In this document: positions 10,904-26,167 of the stretch, piece by piece | Layout: each line of letters starts with the position of its first letter | How positions within the stretch are numbered: position 1 is the stretch's first letter | Assembly: GCA_002269645.1 (NCBI GenBank) | Contig: NIVC01002630.1 | Location: forward strand, 1 to 58,453 | DNA: 58,453 nt | Source of the DNA: Macrostomum lignano | Taxonomy: Eukaryota | Direction of reading: 5' to 3' | The notes under the pieces: model-generated | What the model was told of the DNA's origin: nothing | What the model saw: only the letters and a program-made list of their open reading frames with translations | The model's database searches: none | Program-made: the position numbers and the translations under genes

Positions 10904-13900
10904 TGTTGCTGCTGTTCTTTCGACGGCAGGTGAAACAATAAACAGAAAATTTGCTACTCGGAGTGGGGCAACAAACGAAACTAAGAACACGACCTGTAAT
11001 GAAGGCTGCCTACATTAAGGTTGAGCTTCTAATTTTGGTATTGCACATACTGGGTCCGAACAATCTTGGACTTACCTGTGTCTAGATGCCGGGGACTGTC
11101 GAGCGAAAGAGTTGGAGACGCGACAGAAAGGATGAAGGAGTGGTGCAAGGCCTTCAATGCCGGGTCACTGGGCTGCCTAAATAGAACCGAGGAAAAGGCG
11201 CGGGCGGGAGGTAGGGGAGAACGAAGAGGAACTGCAGTAGGCAAGGGTTAGAGGGGCCGGGTGGGTAGGAAATGTCAGGTCGAGCTTTGCGCTTACAATT
11301 CTTCCGCTAGCGTCGAAAAAATCATTGCCCATGTGCGCTGCGCCGCAGCCTCCCAGTCCGAACCTCCGCTGCGCCACCATTTGGATCGATAAATAGCGCA
11401 GTGCGGCCCCGCGGGTCCGGGATGGGCCTTCAGAAATACCTTTTCCGTCCGCATCCCGAAGTTTCTGCTGTCTAATACGGTTTCTTGCAGAGAGAGAGAG
11501 GGAGGTAGATTGGGTGAAAGGCGAGCAGAGAGGAGCCAAATGGCATGCATTCGTGAAGTTTCCACTAGGCATCGGCCTCTACACTGCTTTACCTTTACAG
11601 GTACGCGTTCAGCCGTTCCAGTCTTGGCATCTCCCCCCTCGCTGCCGCTGCGCGTGCAGGAGCAGGAACTGTTTCTCCCTCCGATGACACACGGAAAGTT
11701 TTGGAAGCTTTCGAGATCCATTCGGGAGCGCATGCGGCGCGGAAGGAACAAGGAGGTTTAATGCAAGATTTGCCTAGACCGTATTGCAACTTCGATCTTA
11801 TTGGGACGCGTTGCTGCAGTGCTGAACTTTCTGCTGGCGTTCCGAATAGCTGCGCTATCAATCCAAGATTGGTTCGAAAGACTCCTCAGTGTGAACGGCC
11901 TTTATTTCGTACCTCCATGGGCCTGTAGTAGTGTTGTGAACATTTTTAGAGATGGTGATTGTATCACAAAAACGAAACTACAAATGCATTAAACGTATCA
12001 TAGCAGAAGTAGTTCTCGAGATCCGTCTTTATACAGGTCTTTGTTGGCTATAGCATCCTGTATGAAATCTGAAGAAACATTTCTATAAGCATCAATAAAA
12101 CAGTTCGACAAAATTTTGAGTGATGAATTAGCAATTTTTTGTTTAATTTCATATCTTGCTACTTTAAGTAGTCGGTAAGTCCAATTAGAATTAAATTTTC
12201 GTCCAATTTAAGTGCTGGTCACTTTTAACCGCTTGCTCAACAGGAATCGCGGTTTAATGATTGAGCTCACACCACTTGCAACGTCACTGAAACAATTTTT
12301 TTCGTCCGGTCTACAACTCAATTCATGAATAATTCAGGGTTCTGCCTCAATCTTCTCGGCAGGATGGGAATGAGGCCTAGCGCTGTACGACTCTCTCTTC
12401 CCTGCCCTAGACCAGCATTACCGGGTGACTGGGAAGTATTTATACGCGCCAAGAGAGGCCCGAGACAATTTTTTAGCGATCAATAAGGCCCAAGTTACAA
12501 ACTACCGCAGCCCTGTTGCCCTCTCCTGTTCGTCCTCTGGACGCGCTGCTTCTGAAAGATTCTAGCATGCAAATGCGCTAGAGCACGCACTTGGGACCAA
12601 CAAAATCGCACTGCGCCAGTGTTTGCCAGATTCAGGCTCAGCAGAATGACTGGACTCGCGCCTCCTCCAGTGCGAACTTGGACAAGTGTGCGTGCAGTGC
12701 AGGAATCCGATTTGCTCGCGTCAACTCCGATTTCACTCCGTCTCCGAGCATAAATATTTGACGCATCCTCCTGATTCCAGATTCGAACTGAGAGCTTCCT
12801 TTCTAGTGTTCTTGAATACAGGCAGAGAACTGCTATTATTTTGCTTATAGCTGTGTTACTCGGACTTGAGCACTCGGACTTGAAACATAACGCTGTCATA
12901 TGTTCTGTGCGGATACACTCATCCCAGCGATGTCTCTCCATTGCTTTCCAATCATTTTTTCGCATAATCAATGCAGATTCTTGCCTCACCCCTTATCCGC
13001 TTATACGTGCTCGCATGCAGATGGGCTTCAAATAGCATTCTCTCTGCTGCCCACTCTGTTTCGGATAACATTGCCTAAAAGGCAGTCGCGGGCAGCCGTC
13101 GCTCGCATCACTCTCTATGGATAAGTCGCCCATTCCGCGGAGAAAATTCCGCTGTTTACTCCTCGACTAAATTCCAATCCTTATCCAACACGGGTGCCAT
13201 CGATTGGTCGCCACAATCACATCCGACCATATCTGAAACTATCCTGTTTACTTTAGACCGATTAAGGATATTACCAACGGTCAGTATAGGGGTGCGGGCA
13301 GCGGTATAGGGGGAAAACAGATTTACGTCGTAGAGGGTGGCAGCTCTAAGAAGACGCGGCAGAAATATTGGAACTAACGGTTGTTGCGACCCCCTACAGT
13401 CTCAGTCATGTACTAGCTCTACATACATGTACAAGCTATCTCCCAGATGCAGCAGTGTCATGTCCACCAAACTATTGACCATCTGGGTCATGCTTGTTAT
13501 GTCTGATAAAAGCTTAATCAGATAGTTTGCAGGAAGGCTTAGAGAAATCCTGCAAAACAAAACGACGCAGGTGCACAGTGGCTTTCTAATTGACAAAAAC
13601 ACATTCTGTGCCTTGGCGGTTGGTCCTCATGGGCGGGAGTCCCAGATTAATGAGGTCAAACATGTCATTGTGGAACCCTGGGTACTTTGGCTCGACTCTG
13701 GCAGAAGCTTTAATCCTATCGTAATCATCCGTTCACCTACGCTTTAAACCAACTCAACACTCGCGAAAGCTGCACCGAAAAGTGCCTCCTGATATACCTG
13801 ATCCCCCCCCCCGTTTCCAAGCGCATCCACGAGAGAAACCGCGCGATCGAAGTTGCACGCAAACCGCTGGAGAGGCAAAGGAACTGTCGCTCGTGAAACT

Positions 13901-14811
13901 CGATATCGCTAATTCCCCTGCCACCGGCTGCCAGCAACTGTCGCTTTGGTTCTCACTTTCTCCCTCTCTAGCTCTCTCCCTCTTTGCCACCCGCCTCCTC
14001 CATCTCTCTTTCTTGGCAATGCAGAAGCTGAAGCAGAAGGAGGGCCAGCTAATTCCCGCAGCCAGCTTGTCGCGCACTACCTTCACTGCTATATCGCACC
14101 AAGCGTGTTACTCCATCTAGCCACTCTTCTCAGCCTCCCAATTCTAGGCATCTTTCGAGGAGGCAGGCACGCAGGTTGAGGGGGCTGCTGTGGGAGATCG
14201 CGTGATGCAGAAACGGCCTGCTGCCTGGAATTCTAACCCCTCCCCAGCCGCCTCCACTTTTTCTTGCCCTCATCAATTTTGCTCTTTCCTTCTGTCATTC
14301 TCTCGCCCCCCGTGTGAGAAAGTGTTATACCGAGCATAGTAGAGCGCGAGTGAGATGGGGGATATTGGCTAGCAGAGGTGTGGGAAAATAGAGCCGGACA
14401 TTAGGGGAGCTGCTATAAGCCGAGTCCATCTCCCGTCTCTCTCTCACTCTTCCCCTGTCTTTCTCCATCAAGCCAAAGTCGGGGCAGCCAACAATTTCAC
14501 CCTCTTTTTTTTCTCCCATAAAACCCGCGGCAGCAAAGTGGCTCTCCGGCCCGCGGGGGGTGGCCGTTTTACACGCCGAGTGAGGCGCTCCCGTCTCCCA
14601 ATTGCGCCTGATAATATATTCCACAGCTCTGCTGGCTTAATGGCCTCCGCCCAGTCCCTCCGCCCGCGTCACTTCTCATTACAAGTGCGGGCTTCTTCTC
14701 TCTTTCACGCGATCCCCCGCGATCCACCGAATTCCCAGTCTTATACGAGTACTTGTTCCTTGGCAGAAGAAGCTGGGGCGCCATCTACTCCACTGCACAG
14801 CTCTATGCTCC

Positions 14812-15610
<799 letters not shown>

Positions 15611-16282
15611 CTCTATTTAACCATAGCATTTCTTTCACCGTAGTCCCACAGCATGCAATAATGATTACTAAACTTAGCTGTCTCACAGTCGGAGCATGCC
15701 ATGCCTTTTGTGCCTTCTGTCCGTCTTCCCGCAGGTGCGTGCCATTTTCCATATCCCAAAGCAAGAGACTCATTCAGAATTCATTCAGTTCGAATCGAGA
15801 AGAAAAAATGGAGTCCATCGTGTTGCATTGGAGTGCAGTGCGGAGACAATTAGGCTGTGAGTGCACAGGGGTGCAGCGGATTTCAGAGTGCCGCAGGATG
15901 AAGCCGGTTTTCACCTATAAGGTTCCCCATTCAGTCTCCGCAGTTCGGTCCGGGCTTCGATACCAGATTCCCAGCCATTCCGCATAGCCAGATAAAAAAG
16001 CAATTCCAACTGCAGGCTCATAAATCAGCGAGAGAAATGGCAGTTAGAGAGAGACAGCGGCGCACTTCGTAGGTTCAGGTACGGTAGCTGGCGGATTTCG
16101 CTTTCATGGAATTGCAGGCACAGCGAAGCTCTTCATTTGCAGTCTGTTTTAGGTGAGGTCTGCAATACTACAGGGAACAAAGAAAACAGCGCGTCAGAGA
16201 TATGCAAATATTTTTGGAAACATAATTTTGCTTCCGATTTTTTGAGTGATATCGCAGTTCTTCTTACCTTCCCAGCTTCCAG

Positions 16283-16797
16283 AAAGCATGACAGCATGAC
16301 AGCATGACATCATGACAGCATGACATCATGACAGCATGACATCATGAAAGCATGACATCATGAAAGCATGACAGCATGACAGCATGACAGCATGACAGCA
16401 TGACATCATGACATCATGAAAGCATGACATCATGACAGCATGACAGCATGAAAGCATGACAGCATGACAGCATGACAGCATGACAGCATGACAGCATGAC
16501 AGCATGACAGCATGACAGCATGACAGCATGACAGCATGACAGCATGACAGCATGACAGCATGACAGCATGACAGCATGACATCATGAAAGCATGACAGCA
16601 TGACAGCATGACAGCATGACAGCATGACAGCATGACAGCATGACAGCATGACAGCATGACATCATGAAAGCATGACAGCATGACAGCATGACAGCATGAC
16701 AGCATGACAGCATGACAGCATGACAGCATGACAGCATGACAGCATGACAGCATGACAGCATGACAGCATGACATCACGACAGCATGACAGCATGACA
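16283..16797. repeat. 8-bp tandem repeat (ATGACAGC)n with ATGACATC/ATGAAAGC variants
   Basis: Read directly; about 64 units. Confidence 0.97.
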
Positions 16798-17066
16798 AAA
16801 AACCAGTTTGACGTTTGCATTGTTTTAAAATAACAGAGTATTTCAGCAGCAAGTCTGGCAATGGTTCCTCAATCCGCGTACAGTTTATTTACAGGAATTC
16901 AGGGTAATCACAGTTTCTCGAATCGACATTCGCTGAGCAGAATTCCAGCCTTTCATTCTTAATGACAATCGGATCAAGAGCTGGATTTTGCTTTTAATAG
17001 GCCCGAACTCCATCAATAGTCTGTCGAAATGTTTTGAGTCATCAGAACACAAACATTATGATTCTT

Positions 17067-17382
17067 TAATAATAATAATAATAATAATAAAAATAATAAC
17101 TGCCCTAATGGGCAGATGTGCAACCGACAGCTCAGCCGCAGCTATTGCGCGGCGTATCTGAAGGCTGCGTACGGCTGTTCAGTCCAAGGACTGGGGGAGG
17201 GGTCGCCACACACCCTCAATTACCCCAGCTAATGCTGGCACCCATTTTACAGCTGGGTGAACTGAAGCAATGCAGAGTTAAGTGTCTTGCTCAAGGACAC
17301 AAATTGTTCCAAGTGAGTCGAGAATCGAACCCCCGACCTTTCAGTCGCGAGTCTCACGCTCTAACCACCAGGCTACAACCCC
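17067..17382 (-). mobile_element. tRNA-derived CORE-type SINE (copy 1) with (TTA)n tail
   Basis: Minus strand: head GGGTTGTAGCCTGGTGG (A box), GGTTCGATTCT (B box), CORE-like TGTGTCCTTGAGCAAGACACTTAAC...CTGTAAAATGGG, TTA tail. Homologous copies at 27114, 27470 and 47646. Confidence 0.85.
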
Positions 17383-17802
17383 CCCTGAAATTTTACAGTA
17401 CTGACTCTGTGCGGGCTCTACTAACCGCAACTAACTCTGCTTAACTTCCGATTTATTAGCATGTATTGTTTAGCATGCAGCTTTGTTAAACAAAGACTAC
17501 ACAACTCGCGAACTTGTGTTTCGGCAAGCCATTATTTAACTCAGCTATACATATTAATAAGTGCACTGTGTATGCATTTTGCCCAGAACAGATGTCAGTA
17601 TTTTCACTCTTTTTGCACGCTACTAATGCAATGATAAAGATGAGAAATTAATATCTAGTGTATCTGGGTGAAAGTATATATACTCAGAAACATTGAGATC
17701 AGCCACCCTAGAGCATTGAACTTCAGCTCACTACACTTCTAATTCAGGATGGCGGCTTTCAATGCTAAATGAGTACATAGCAAAAATACTCTCTGGTTTC
17801 CT

Positions 17803-20800
17803 CTAAAACAGGGACCCGCCACCCTCCGAGTCGCTCCCCCTGTGGTCGCTCTCCTCCTCGACAATCTTGCAATAGGAATTCTTCCTCGTGTAGCCGTCCT
17901 CGGCAGCCGCCGAGCCGGAGTGGGAGGCGGCGGCGTCGGGAAAAGCGGGCCCGACCGGGCTGAGGGCGGCGTGCCGGAGCCGCGAGTTGCCGGGCGCCGG
18001 GGTGTAGCGCACGGGCTGGGCGGGGTCCAGCACCGAGCAGGCGTAGTGGTTGGAGACCCGGGCGAATCTGGCAGGCGGCTCGCCCTGGCTCTGGCCCGCG
18101 GCCGACTGAGGGACGCCCAGTATGGGGCTGCCGACTGGCGATGAAGCCAAGCGGAGGCTGCGCTCGTGGCCGAGATCGTCCGAGAACGTCAGCTTGAGAA
18201 TTGGCTTCAGGGCCGGCTCAGCCCGAGCCGCCGCCGTCGCGGCCGGGCCGCTCATCACGGATGTCATCTCCAGGTCCGTCAGCGAGGACTTGGCGGCGGC
18301 CGAGGCCTTCTTCCGCGTCGATCCGTTGGATGCTACGAAGGCTTTGTGCCGCTGCTGACGCTGCTGCTGTCTTGGCGACGTCGGCTGCGAGGTTGAGGCC
18401 GCGCCAGAGCTGCTAGCGCCCGACGTTGAGCCGTCGGCCGCTGCCTGGCGTCGACGCATCTGTCGGCGTCTGCGACCGCGGCAGAGGAAGCAAATTAGGA
18501 CGGCGGAGAGTCCGAGGATGACGGCGCTGCAGACGGAGCCGGTGGCCACGCCGGCAATGTAGTGCCAGGGAACGCCTGCGGTTTGAGAGCAGCGGCTCAT
18601 TGACTGAGCACTACAGGTATGGCTACCGTATGAAAGACCTCGCCTGCCTACTATGGCTCCTGCCTTATGCCATTTCCGACACCAATTACTGCACCTTCCA
18701 CCATCAGTACCAGCTAGTTCTTGGCGTTTTCACACTGACTCAGAGGCCGCAGCATACAATCCACGATACCCACCCACACCAACCACCACAGACGCCAAAA
18801 CCCTCGAACCACAACACCCACCTCAAAACACATCCACCCCAAAACACATCCCAGGCCGATCAATCCAAAACGCCCACCCTACAATACAAACTTCACAACA
18901 ACACCAAATCAGAATTAATACCTTTCTGTATAAGCCACGTAGCAATACCACTCAAAACCCAAAACAACCCAGCCTCTGCTGTCACTCACAGTCCTCTTCA
19001 TCCGAGGTCTCAATATGCGAGCAGCTCTGTCGGCCGTCGCATCTGGCGCTTGGATGAAGGCAGTACCTGGGCAGCCGGGTGCAGCTGAGGCCCGCTGAGT
19101 CGCGGCATTGCACAGCACCGCGGCATAGGTAGCCCGGGCAAGCGGCTGTAAGGGAGTGATGATTGATAGGGGATGAATGACAGGTGACGAGTCAAAGTTC
19201 ACGAGTGACAGGTGATGATTGACAGGTGACGAGTCAAAGTTCACGAGTGACAGGTGATGATTGACAGGTGACGAGTCAAAGTTCACGAGTGACAGGTGAT
19301 GATTGACAGGTGACGAGTCAAAGTTCATGAGTGACAGGTGATGATTGACAGGTGACGAGTCAAAGTTCATGAGTGACAGGTGATGACTGACAGGTGACCA
19401 GTCAAAGTTCACGAGTGACAGGTGATGATTGACAGGTGATTATTGATAGGTGACGAGTCAAAGTTCATGAGTGACAGGTGATGATTGACAGGTGACGAGT
19501 CAAAGTTCATGAGTGACAGGTGATGACTGACAGGTGACCAGTCAAAGTTCACGAGTGACAGGTGATGATTGAAAGGTGATAAGTGACAGGTGACGAGTAA
19601 AGTTCATGGGTGACAGGTGATGATTGACAGGTGATGATTAATAGGTAATGAGTGAATGCTGATGAGCTTACCGAGGAGTGACAGACACCAGCTTACCGAG
19701 GAGTGAAAGACACCAGCTTACCGAGGAGTGAAAGACACCAGCTTACCGAGGAGTGAAAGACACCAGCTTACCGAGGAGTGAAAGACACCAGCTTACCGAG
19801 GAGTGAAAGACACCAGCTTACCGAGGAGTGAAAGAAACCAGCTTACCGAAGAGTGACAGACACCAGCTTACCGAGGAGTGAAAGACACCAGCTTACCGAT
19901 GAGTGAAAGACATCAGCTTACCGAGGGGTGAAAGACACCAGCTTACCGAGGAGTGAAAGACACCAGCTTACCGATGAGTGAAAGACATCAGCTTACCGAG
20001 GAGTGAAAGACACCAGCTTACCGAGGAGTGAAAGACACCAGCTTACCGAGGAGTGAAAGACACCAGCTTACCGAGGAGTGAAAGACACCAGCTTACCGAG
20101 GAGTGAAAGACACCAGCTTACCGAGGAGTGAAAGACACCAGCTTACCGAGGAGTGAAAGACACCAGCTTACCGAGGAGTGAAAGACACTGGCATAATCTC
20201 AGCAGAGCTCACATGAATCCTGATGATCTTTCAGCGTTGCCGTGAACATTAGCTCAAAGCTCGACTTCGCTTCTAACGACTTCGCTTCACCAAAGAATCT
20301 GAAATTGTTTTTTTTTGTACTTTCTGGTCTCAAAGTCTGACTACAAAAGCAATGTGTTCGGCACGTCCCCCCGCTCTACGCATTGCCAATTCGTGATTTT
20401 TTCTGAAACTCATAAATTATAAAGTTTGCCTTCACACCTGCTGCTTCTCAATAATTGCAGAAAGCTCCCAAAGAAAAGGCAATTGTTTGAGCAGCGTATC
20501 TATAGCCATAAATCCTATAAATAAGGCTAATTTCTTCGCTAAGCCCGCCCTGGACGCCGTGACGCCGCAGTGGGCGTTCCGCACAGTTGTTGCTGGGTCT
20601 ATAAAAGGACGGGAGCGAGATTTTTAATTAACCACCGACTCCCCGCTGCTCAAATTGGGGAGGTGGGCGCCAAAAGTCAGCCCCCAGCTACCGGCCCGGG
20701 GCAACTGGAAGGCACACAGGGGATTGCAGAAGAAGAATATTCAAATAAAAAAACTTGCCTCGCCCCCCCCCCCCAGGGCGGTGGCTGGTCGGAGGGTCCT

Positions 20801-22338
20801 ATCCCTGTGCGCTGCCGTATGCGCGAGCTCAGAGTCCTCTGCTCCAAGCTGAAGGCCTGAGAAAGCTGAAAGCTCAGCCCCGACGGAGACACCGGGTGGG
20901 AGGGCCAGGAAGCCGGGGCGGATTTTTTGTCTCCCCTCCGCTTTCTCAGTCCTCCCGCAGGCTTTTTTTAATTCCTTTGCTGTCTAATCCCCGGGTCTGA
21001 GAAGGAAAATTGGAAGCGAAGGACTTGAGAATAAACGGCGTTCATAATGAAATCATGAAGTCCGCGGCGCTTAAAGTAGAATTCCAATTTAAGAGAAGCT
21101 AGCTTGTTTGGAAATAAGGACGAAGGAATCAACAGTGTGAAATGCTAGAGAGCTCATTTATGAAGATCCCAGAGGACCTGAGGGAGTTGTGGCGCCAATT
21201 GAAAGGCCTGAGGGAGTTGTGGCGCCAACTGCAAGGCCTGAGAAAGGTGTGGCGCCAACTGAAGGGCCTGAGAGAGTTATGGCGTCAACTGAAGGACCTC
21301 AGGGAGTTGTGGCGCCGACTGAAGGATCCGAAGGAGTTGTGGCGTCAACTGAAGGATCCGAAGGAGTTGTGGCACCAACTGAAGGGCCTGAGAGAGTTGT
21401 GGCGTCAACTGAAGGACCTGAGAGAGTTGTGGCGTCAACTGAAGGATCCGAAGGAGTTGTGGCGTCAACTGAAGGACCTGAGAGAGTTGTGGCACCAACT
21501 GAAGGACCTGAGAGAGTTGTGGCACCAACTGAAGGACCTGAGAGAGTTGTGGCGTCAACTGAAGGACCTGAGAGAGTTGTGGCGTCAACTGAAGGGCCTG
21601 TGAGAGTTGTGGCGTCAACTGAAGGACCTGAGAGAGTTGAACTGAAGGGCCTGTGAGAGTTGTGGCGTCAACTGAAGGACCTGAGAGAGTTGAACTGAAG
21701 GACCTGAGAGAGTTGTGGCGTCAACTGAAGGGCCTGTGAAAGTTGAACTGAAGGACCTCAGAGAGTTGTGGCGCCAACTGAAGGACCTGAGAGAGTTGTG
21801 GCTTCAACTGAAGGACCTGAGAGAGCTGTAGCGCCAACTGAAGGTCACACTTTTCAAACTCCATCGCAGACGGTGACTCACCTGATAAAGAGCATCCGGT
21901 CTTCGCTCACGATTGACTCCGGATAGTTCGTCGACGCGCAGAATCTGTCTTTCGGCGTTTTCGACGCCGTTGGGAAAACGTCGAACACGGAGATGTTGGC
22001 AGCCGAGCAGCTGGAGGCTGCAGTTGGTAGTTTGGGATGATTGCGACTGACTGACTGACTGACTGACTGACTGACTGACTGACTGACTGACTGACTGACT
22101 GACTGACTGACTGACTGACTGACTGACTGACTGACTGACTGACTGACTGACTGACTGACTGACTGACTTGAGTGAGTGGGTGACTGACTGACTGACTTGA
22201 GTGAGTGGGTGACTGACTGACTGACTGACTGACTGACTGACTGACTGACTGACTGACTGACTGACTGACTGACTGACTGACTGACTGACTGACTGACTGA
22301 CTGACTGACTGACTGACTGACTGACTGACTGACTGACT

Positions 22339-22370
<32 letters not shown>

Positions 22371-25300
22371 TGAGTGAGTGGGTGACTGACTGACTGACTT
22401 GAGTGAGTGGGTGACTGACTGACTGACTTGAGTGAGTGGGTGACTGACTGACTGACTTGAGTGAGTGGGTGACTGACTGACTGACTTGAGTGAGTGGGTG
22501 ACTGACTGACTGACTTGAGTGAGTGGGTGACTGACTGACTGACTTGAGTGAGTGGGTGACTGACTGACTGACTTGAGTGAGTGGGTGACTGACTGACTGA
22601 CTTGAGTGAGTGGGTGACTGACTGACTGCAAAAGTGGTCGATCAGATTTCAATGAGTTGCCTTATAAATGAAGCCAAAGATTTCGTTAGATTGATAAAAT
22701 GATTAAGTAGACTGTTCTTTGATCGTTGATTTTCCATTGAGGTTACGTATGGCTTCAAATCTTGAAACAACATGTCAGTACTATAATATAGCCAATTTAA
22801 TGAATCCCTTTATATTGTAGCATAGTCTGGGCGGCATCAATCTTCATCAATTCTTTGCACTTTTAAAAGAAAATCCACTCCTAGAAGCAGCAGTAGAAGA
22901 GAGCTCTGAGAGTTCATCAGATCAGCAGCTATCGATGCCAAACAAGCTTGGACCGATAACTTCCTCTGGAGATCCGCCATGGCGTCCCTCCCCTCCGCAG
23001 CCGGGGCTTTGTGAGACCGTGTAGAGCTTGAATAGCAAAAATGCTGCTGAGAGAGAGAGAGGGAAGGAGTTAGAATTGAGCAGGCAGAGGGCGGAGGCAA
23101 GCAGGAGTCTGCTCAACAATCCTGCGCATACGATGCGAATTCCCTGCTCCAGGAAGTGAGGGCGACATCACGATACCAATGCTAAGTCAGCCTGAATTAT
23201 CGAGGTCACCAGGAGTGATTTATGACTGTCAAGGCAAGCGTGGCAGCTACCGTTAATAAGATGTTTTTACGGCAGTTTGTGAGGCTTCAGCTGTGCTAGA
23301 AGTGACGGAAATCCCGCTAATCACCTGCTTTGCCGAAGTTGAATTTGGTCAGGGTTAGCAGAATTTGCCAGTTCTCTGGCACTTGGATGATCCAGGCGCA
23401 TCGGACATTGTCGGCCACGGTGGATGGGTAGCCCTGGAAGCTGGGCGAGCTGATGACGCCGGAGGCGCCGCTGTAGAAATCTTTGCCGCAGCGGGGGTCA
23501 TTGTTCTCGGCTCTGGCGAGATCCGCTGATTGGTTCGGGGGGATGAAAGAAGTAGCGATTTATTCAATTTTTATCAACTTGGTTGACCGATACTGAGATG
23601 AGTCAGTCAGATGACTCAGACGAGTCAGAAATTTAGATAAGTCATAGACCCAGATGAGTCGTAGACTCAGATGAGCTAGAGACGCAGATGAGCTAGACAC
23701 CCAGATGAGCTAGAGACTCAGATGAGCTAGAGACGCAGATGAGCTAGAGACCCAGATGAGTCAGAGACTCAGATGAGCTAGAGACTCAGATGAGCTAGAG
23801 ACGCAGATGAGCTAGAAACCCAGATGAGCTAGAGACCCAGATGAGTCAGAAACTCAGATGAGCTAGAGACGCAGATGAGCTAGAAACTCAGATGAGCTAG
23901 AAACCCAGATGAGCTGGAAACCCAGATGAGCTAGAGACCCAGATGAGTCATAGTCCCAGAGGAGTCATAGACACATATGAGCCATAGACCCATATGAGCT
24001 AGAGACTCAGATGAGCTAAAAACCCAGATGAGCTAGAAACCCAGATGAGCTAGAAACCCAGATGAGCTAGAGACCCAGATGAGTCAGAGACTCAGATGAG
24101 CTAGAAACTCAGATGAGCTAGAGACGCAGATGAGCTAGAAACTCAGATGAGCTAGAAACCCAGATGAGCTAGAAACCCAGATGAGCTAGAAACCTAGATG
24201 AGCTAGAAACCTAAATGAGCTAGAAACCCAGATGAGCTAGAAACCTAGATGAGCTAGAAACCCAGATGAGCTAGAAACCGAGATGAGCTAGAAACCCAGA
24301 TGAGCTAGAGACCCAGATGAGTCATAGTCCCAGAGGAGTCATAGACACATATGAGCTAGAAACCCAGATGAGTCATAGTCCCAGATGAGCCATAGACCCA
24401 GATGAGCTAGAAACCCAGATGAGCTAGAAACCCAGATGAGCTAGAAACCTAGATGAGCTAGAAACCCAGATGAGCTAGAGACCCAGATGAGTCATAGTCC
24501 CAGACGAGTCATAGACACATATGAGCCATAGACCCTGATGAGTAATAGTCCCAGATGAGCTAGAGATCCAGATGAGCTAGAGATCCAGATGAGCTAGAGA
24601 TCCAGATGAGCTAGAGATCCAGATGAGCTAGAGACCCAGACGAGTCATAGACACAGATGAGTCATAGCTTCGGATAAGCCATCAACCCGGATGAGCTAGA
24701 GAGCCAAATGATTGACAGAACTAGATGAGTCATACCCGTAGGATTGGATAAGTTATGAATCCAGATGAAATATAGACACTCAGATGGGTCACCAACGAAT
24801 TTGATTGATTTATTCATTCAACTAGAGTGTAAATACATTTAGAATTTTAATTTTATCCGCAATACTCACCAATGCGAATGAAGTGATACTTAAGCTGGAA
24901 GCCCCTGTACTCTTCCCATCGGATCTGCGAGCTGTGGAATCTCAGCTGCACCCAGTTACTGGCCGATATGATGGTTCCAATCTTAGCTGAGCCACAGGCG
25001 TTCTCCATTAGCAGAGTTGGCCGGCCTTGCACTATGTTCTTCAGAGAGATGTAGTCCTGGTAGCAGCTGAGGGAGTGGCGCTTGTGTAAGTAAACTTCAA
25101 GTAAACGGCGCTCTTGCAATGATAATCGTTGCCATTTTTATACCAAAGCTTTGCTTTATTTTTTTAATTTTCAGACGCTGATCCAGATCATCCTGCTGCA
25201 CAATGCTGACTCTGCAAGCACACTATCAGCGAGGACAAGGGGGGGGCGTAGCCCAGTGATCTGGCACGGCGCTCTGATGTGCCAGCGGCCCAGGCCCGAT

Positions 25301-26113
25301 TCGAAGTGCAGTCGCATTCATTTGGTTCTGCTCGTGCAATTAACACTCTTGAGGGCCAACCCCCAAGGCGCAGTGAAGTGTACATGCCTAACGATAAATA
25401 AAGTTAGGGCCGCTGTACACTCCTGTGTGAGTGTGTGCCTGTGCGTATGACTGCGTACGTATCCGCGCGCTTGTGTGCCTGCTCAGGGGAGTCTTCAAAA
25501 TGGGCAGCAATGCCTCTCGCCGGTTGTGCGACAATGTCGCTTAGAGTGCACCAGGCTGCACACAGCCCCCTGTTTCCAATAAAAAAATCGTCATAGACTC
25601 GGACTCAGCGTTTTGAGATGCTGGCGGACCAGCATATTCGCTTCCAAGTAGCCTTTATCCATTAATATCCAAACTAGAGACTTGTTTAGCATTCCTTTTA
25701 AAATGCCTAGCATTGACCAACCTTCAGGTGAGGCGAACCTTTCAACTCGATAGGATCCGCACTAAGCAAATTTGAAGCTTGCCATGCTCAAATAGGTAAC
25801 AGAGGAACTTGTGGAAGCAGCAGAAAATATTCATGCCTGGCTGAAGCGCCCAACACCCTGTGAAGTCTTGCGGCTCAGGACTGGACTCGGGATAAGCAGC
25901 GGCAGCCCCAGCGACTAATCCCAGGGATCCCGGCGGCCAGTTCGTTGCCTTCTGCTTCCCTTCGCTCCCATGGCCAGCCCATAGTTTGTCGGATTAGCCC
26001 GCGCACCCACCTCCCCATGGCGGCCTCTCTCGGTCCCCGATGATAAGGGCGACGGCGGCGGATAAAGAAGGAGAGGCTATAACTTCATTTTGCCGAGCAG
26101 CAGTTCCCCAGGT

Positions 26114-26167
<54 letters not shown>

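Noticed and set aside
11293-14179. Several 60-165 aa ORFs upstream of TnI, including 12495-12989
   Set aside because: No recognisable domain or spliceable exon chain; more likely regulatory DNA or decayed repeats.
19179-19640. The 42-mer lacks AG on the sense strand next to an acceptor, suggesting an AG-exclusion rule for intronic arrays
   Set aside because: Counterexample: the (AGTC)n sense-strand array lies 27 nt upstream of the acceptor at 22018.
19665-20188. CRISPR-like appearance of the 25-bp array and the palindromic 23-bp arrays
   Set aside because: Units are head-to-tail with no unique spacers, there are no cas genes, and the context is eukaryotic.
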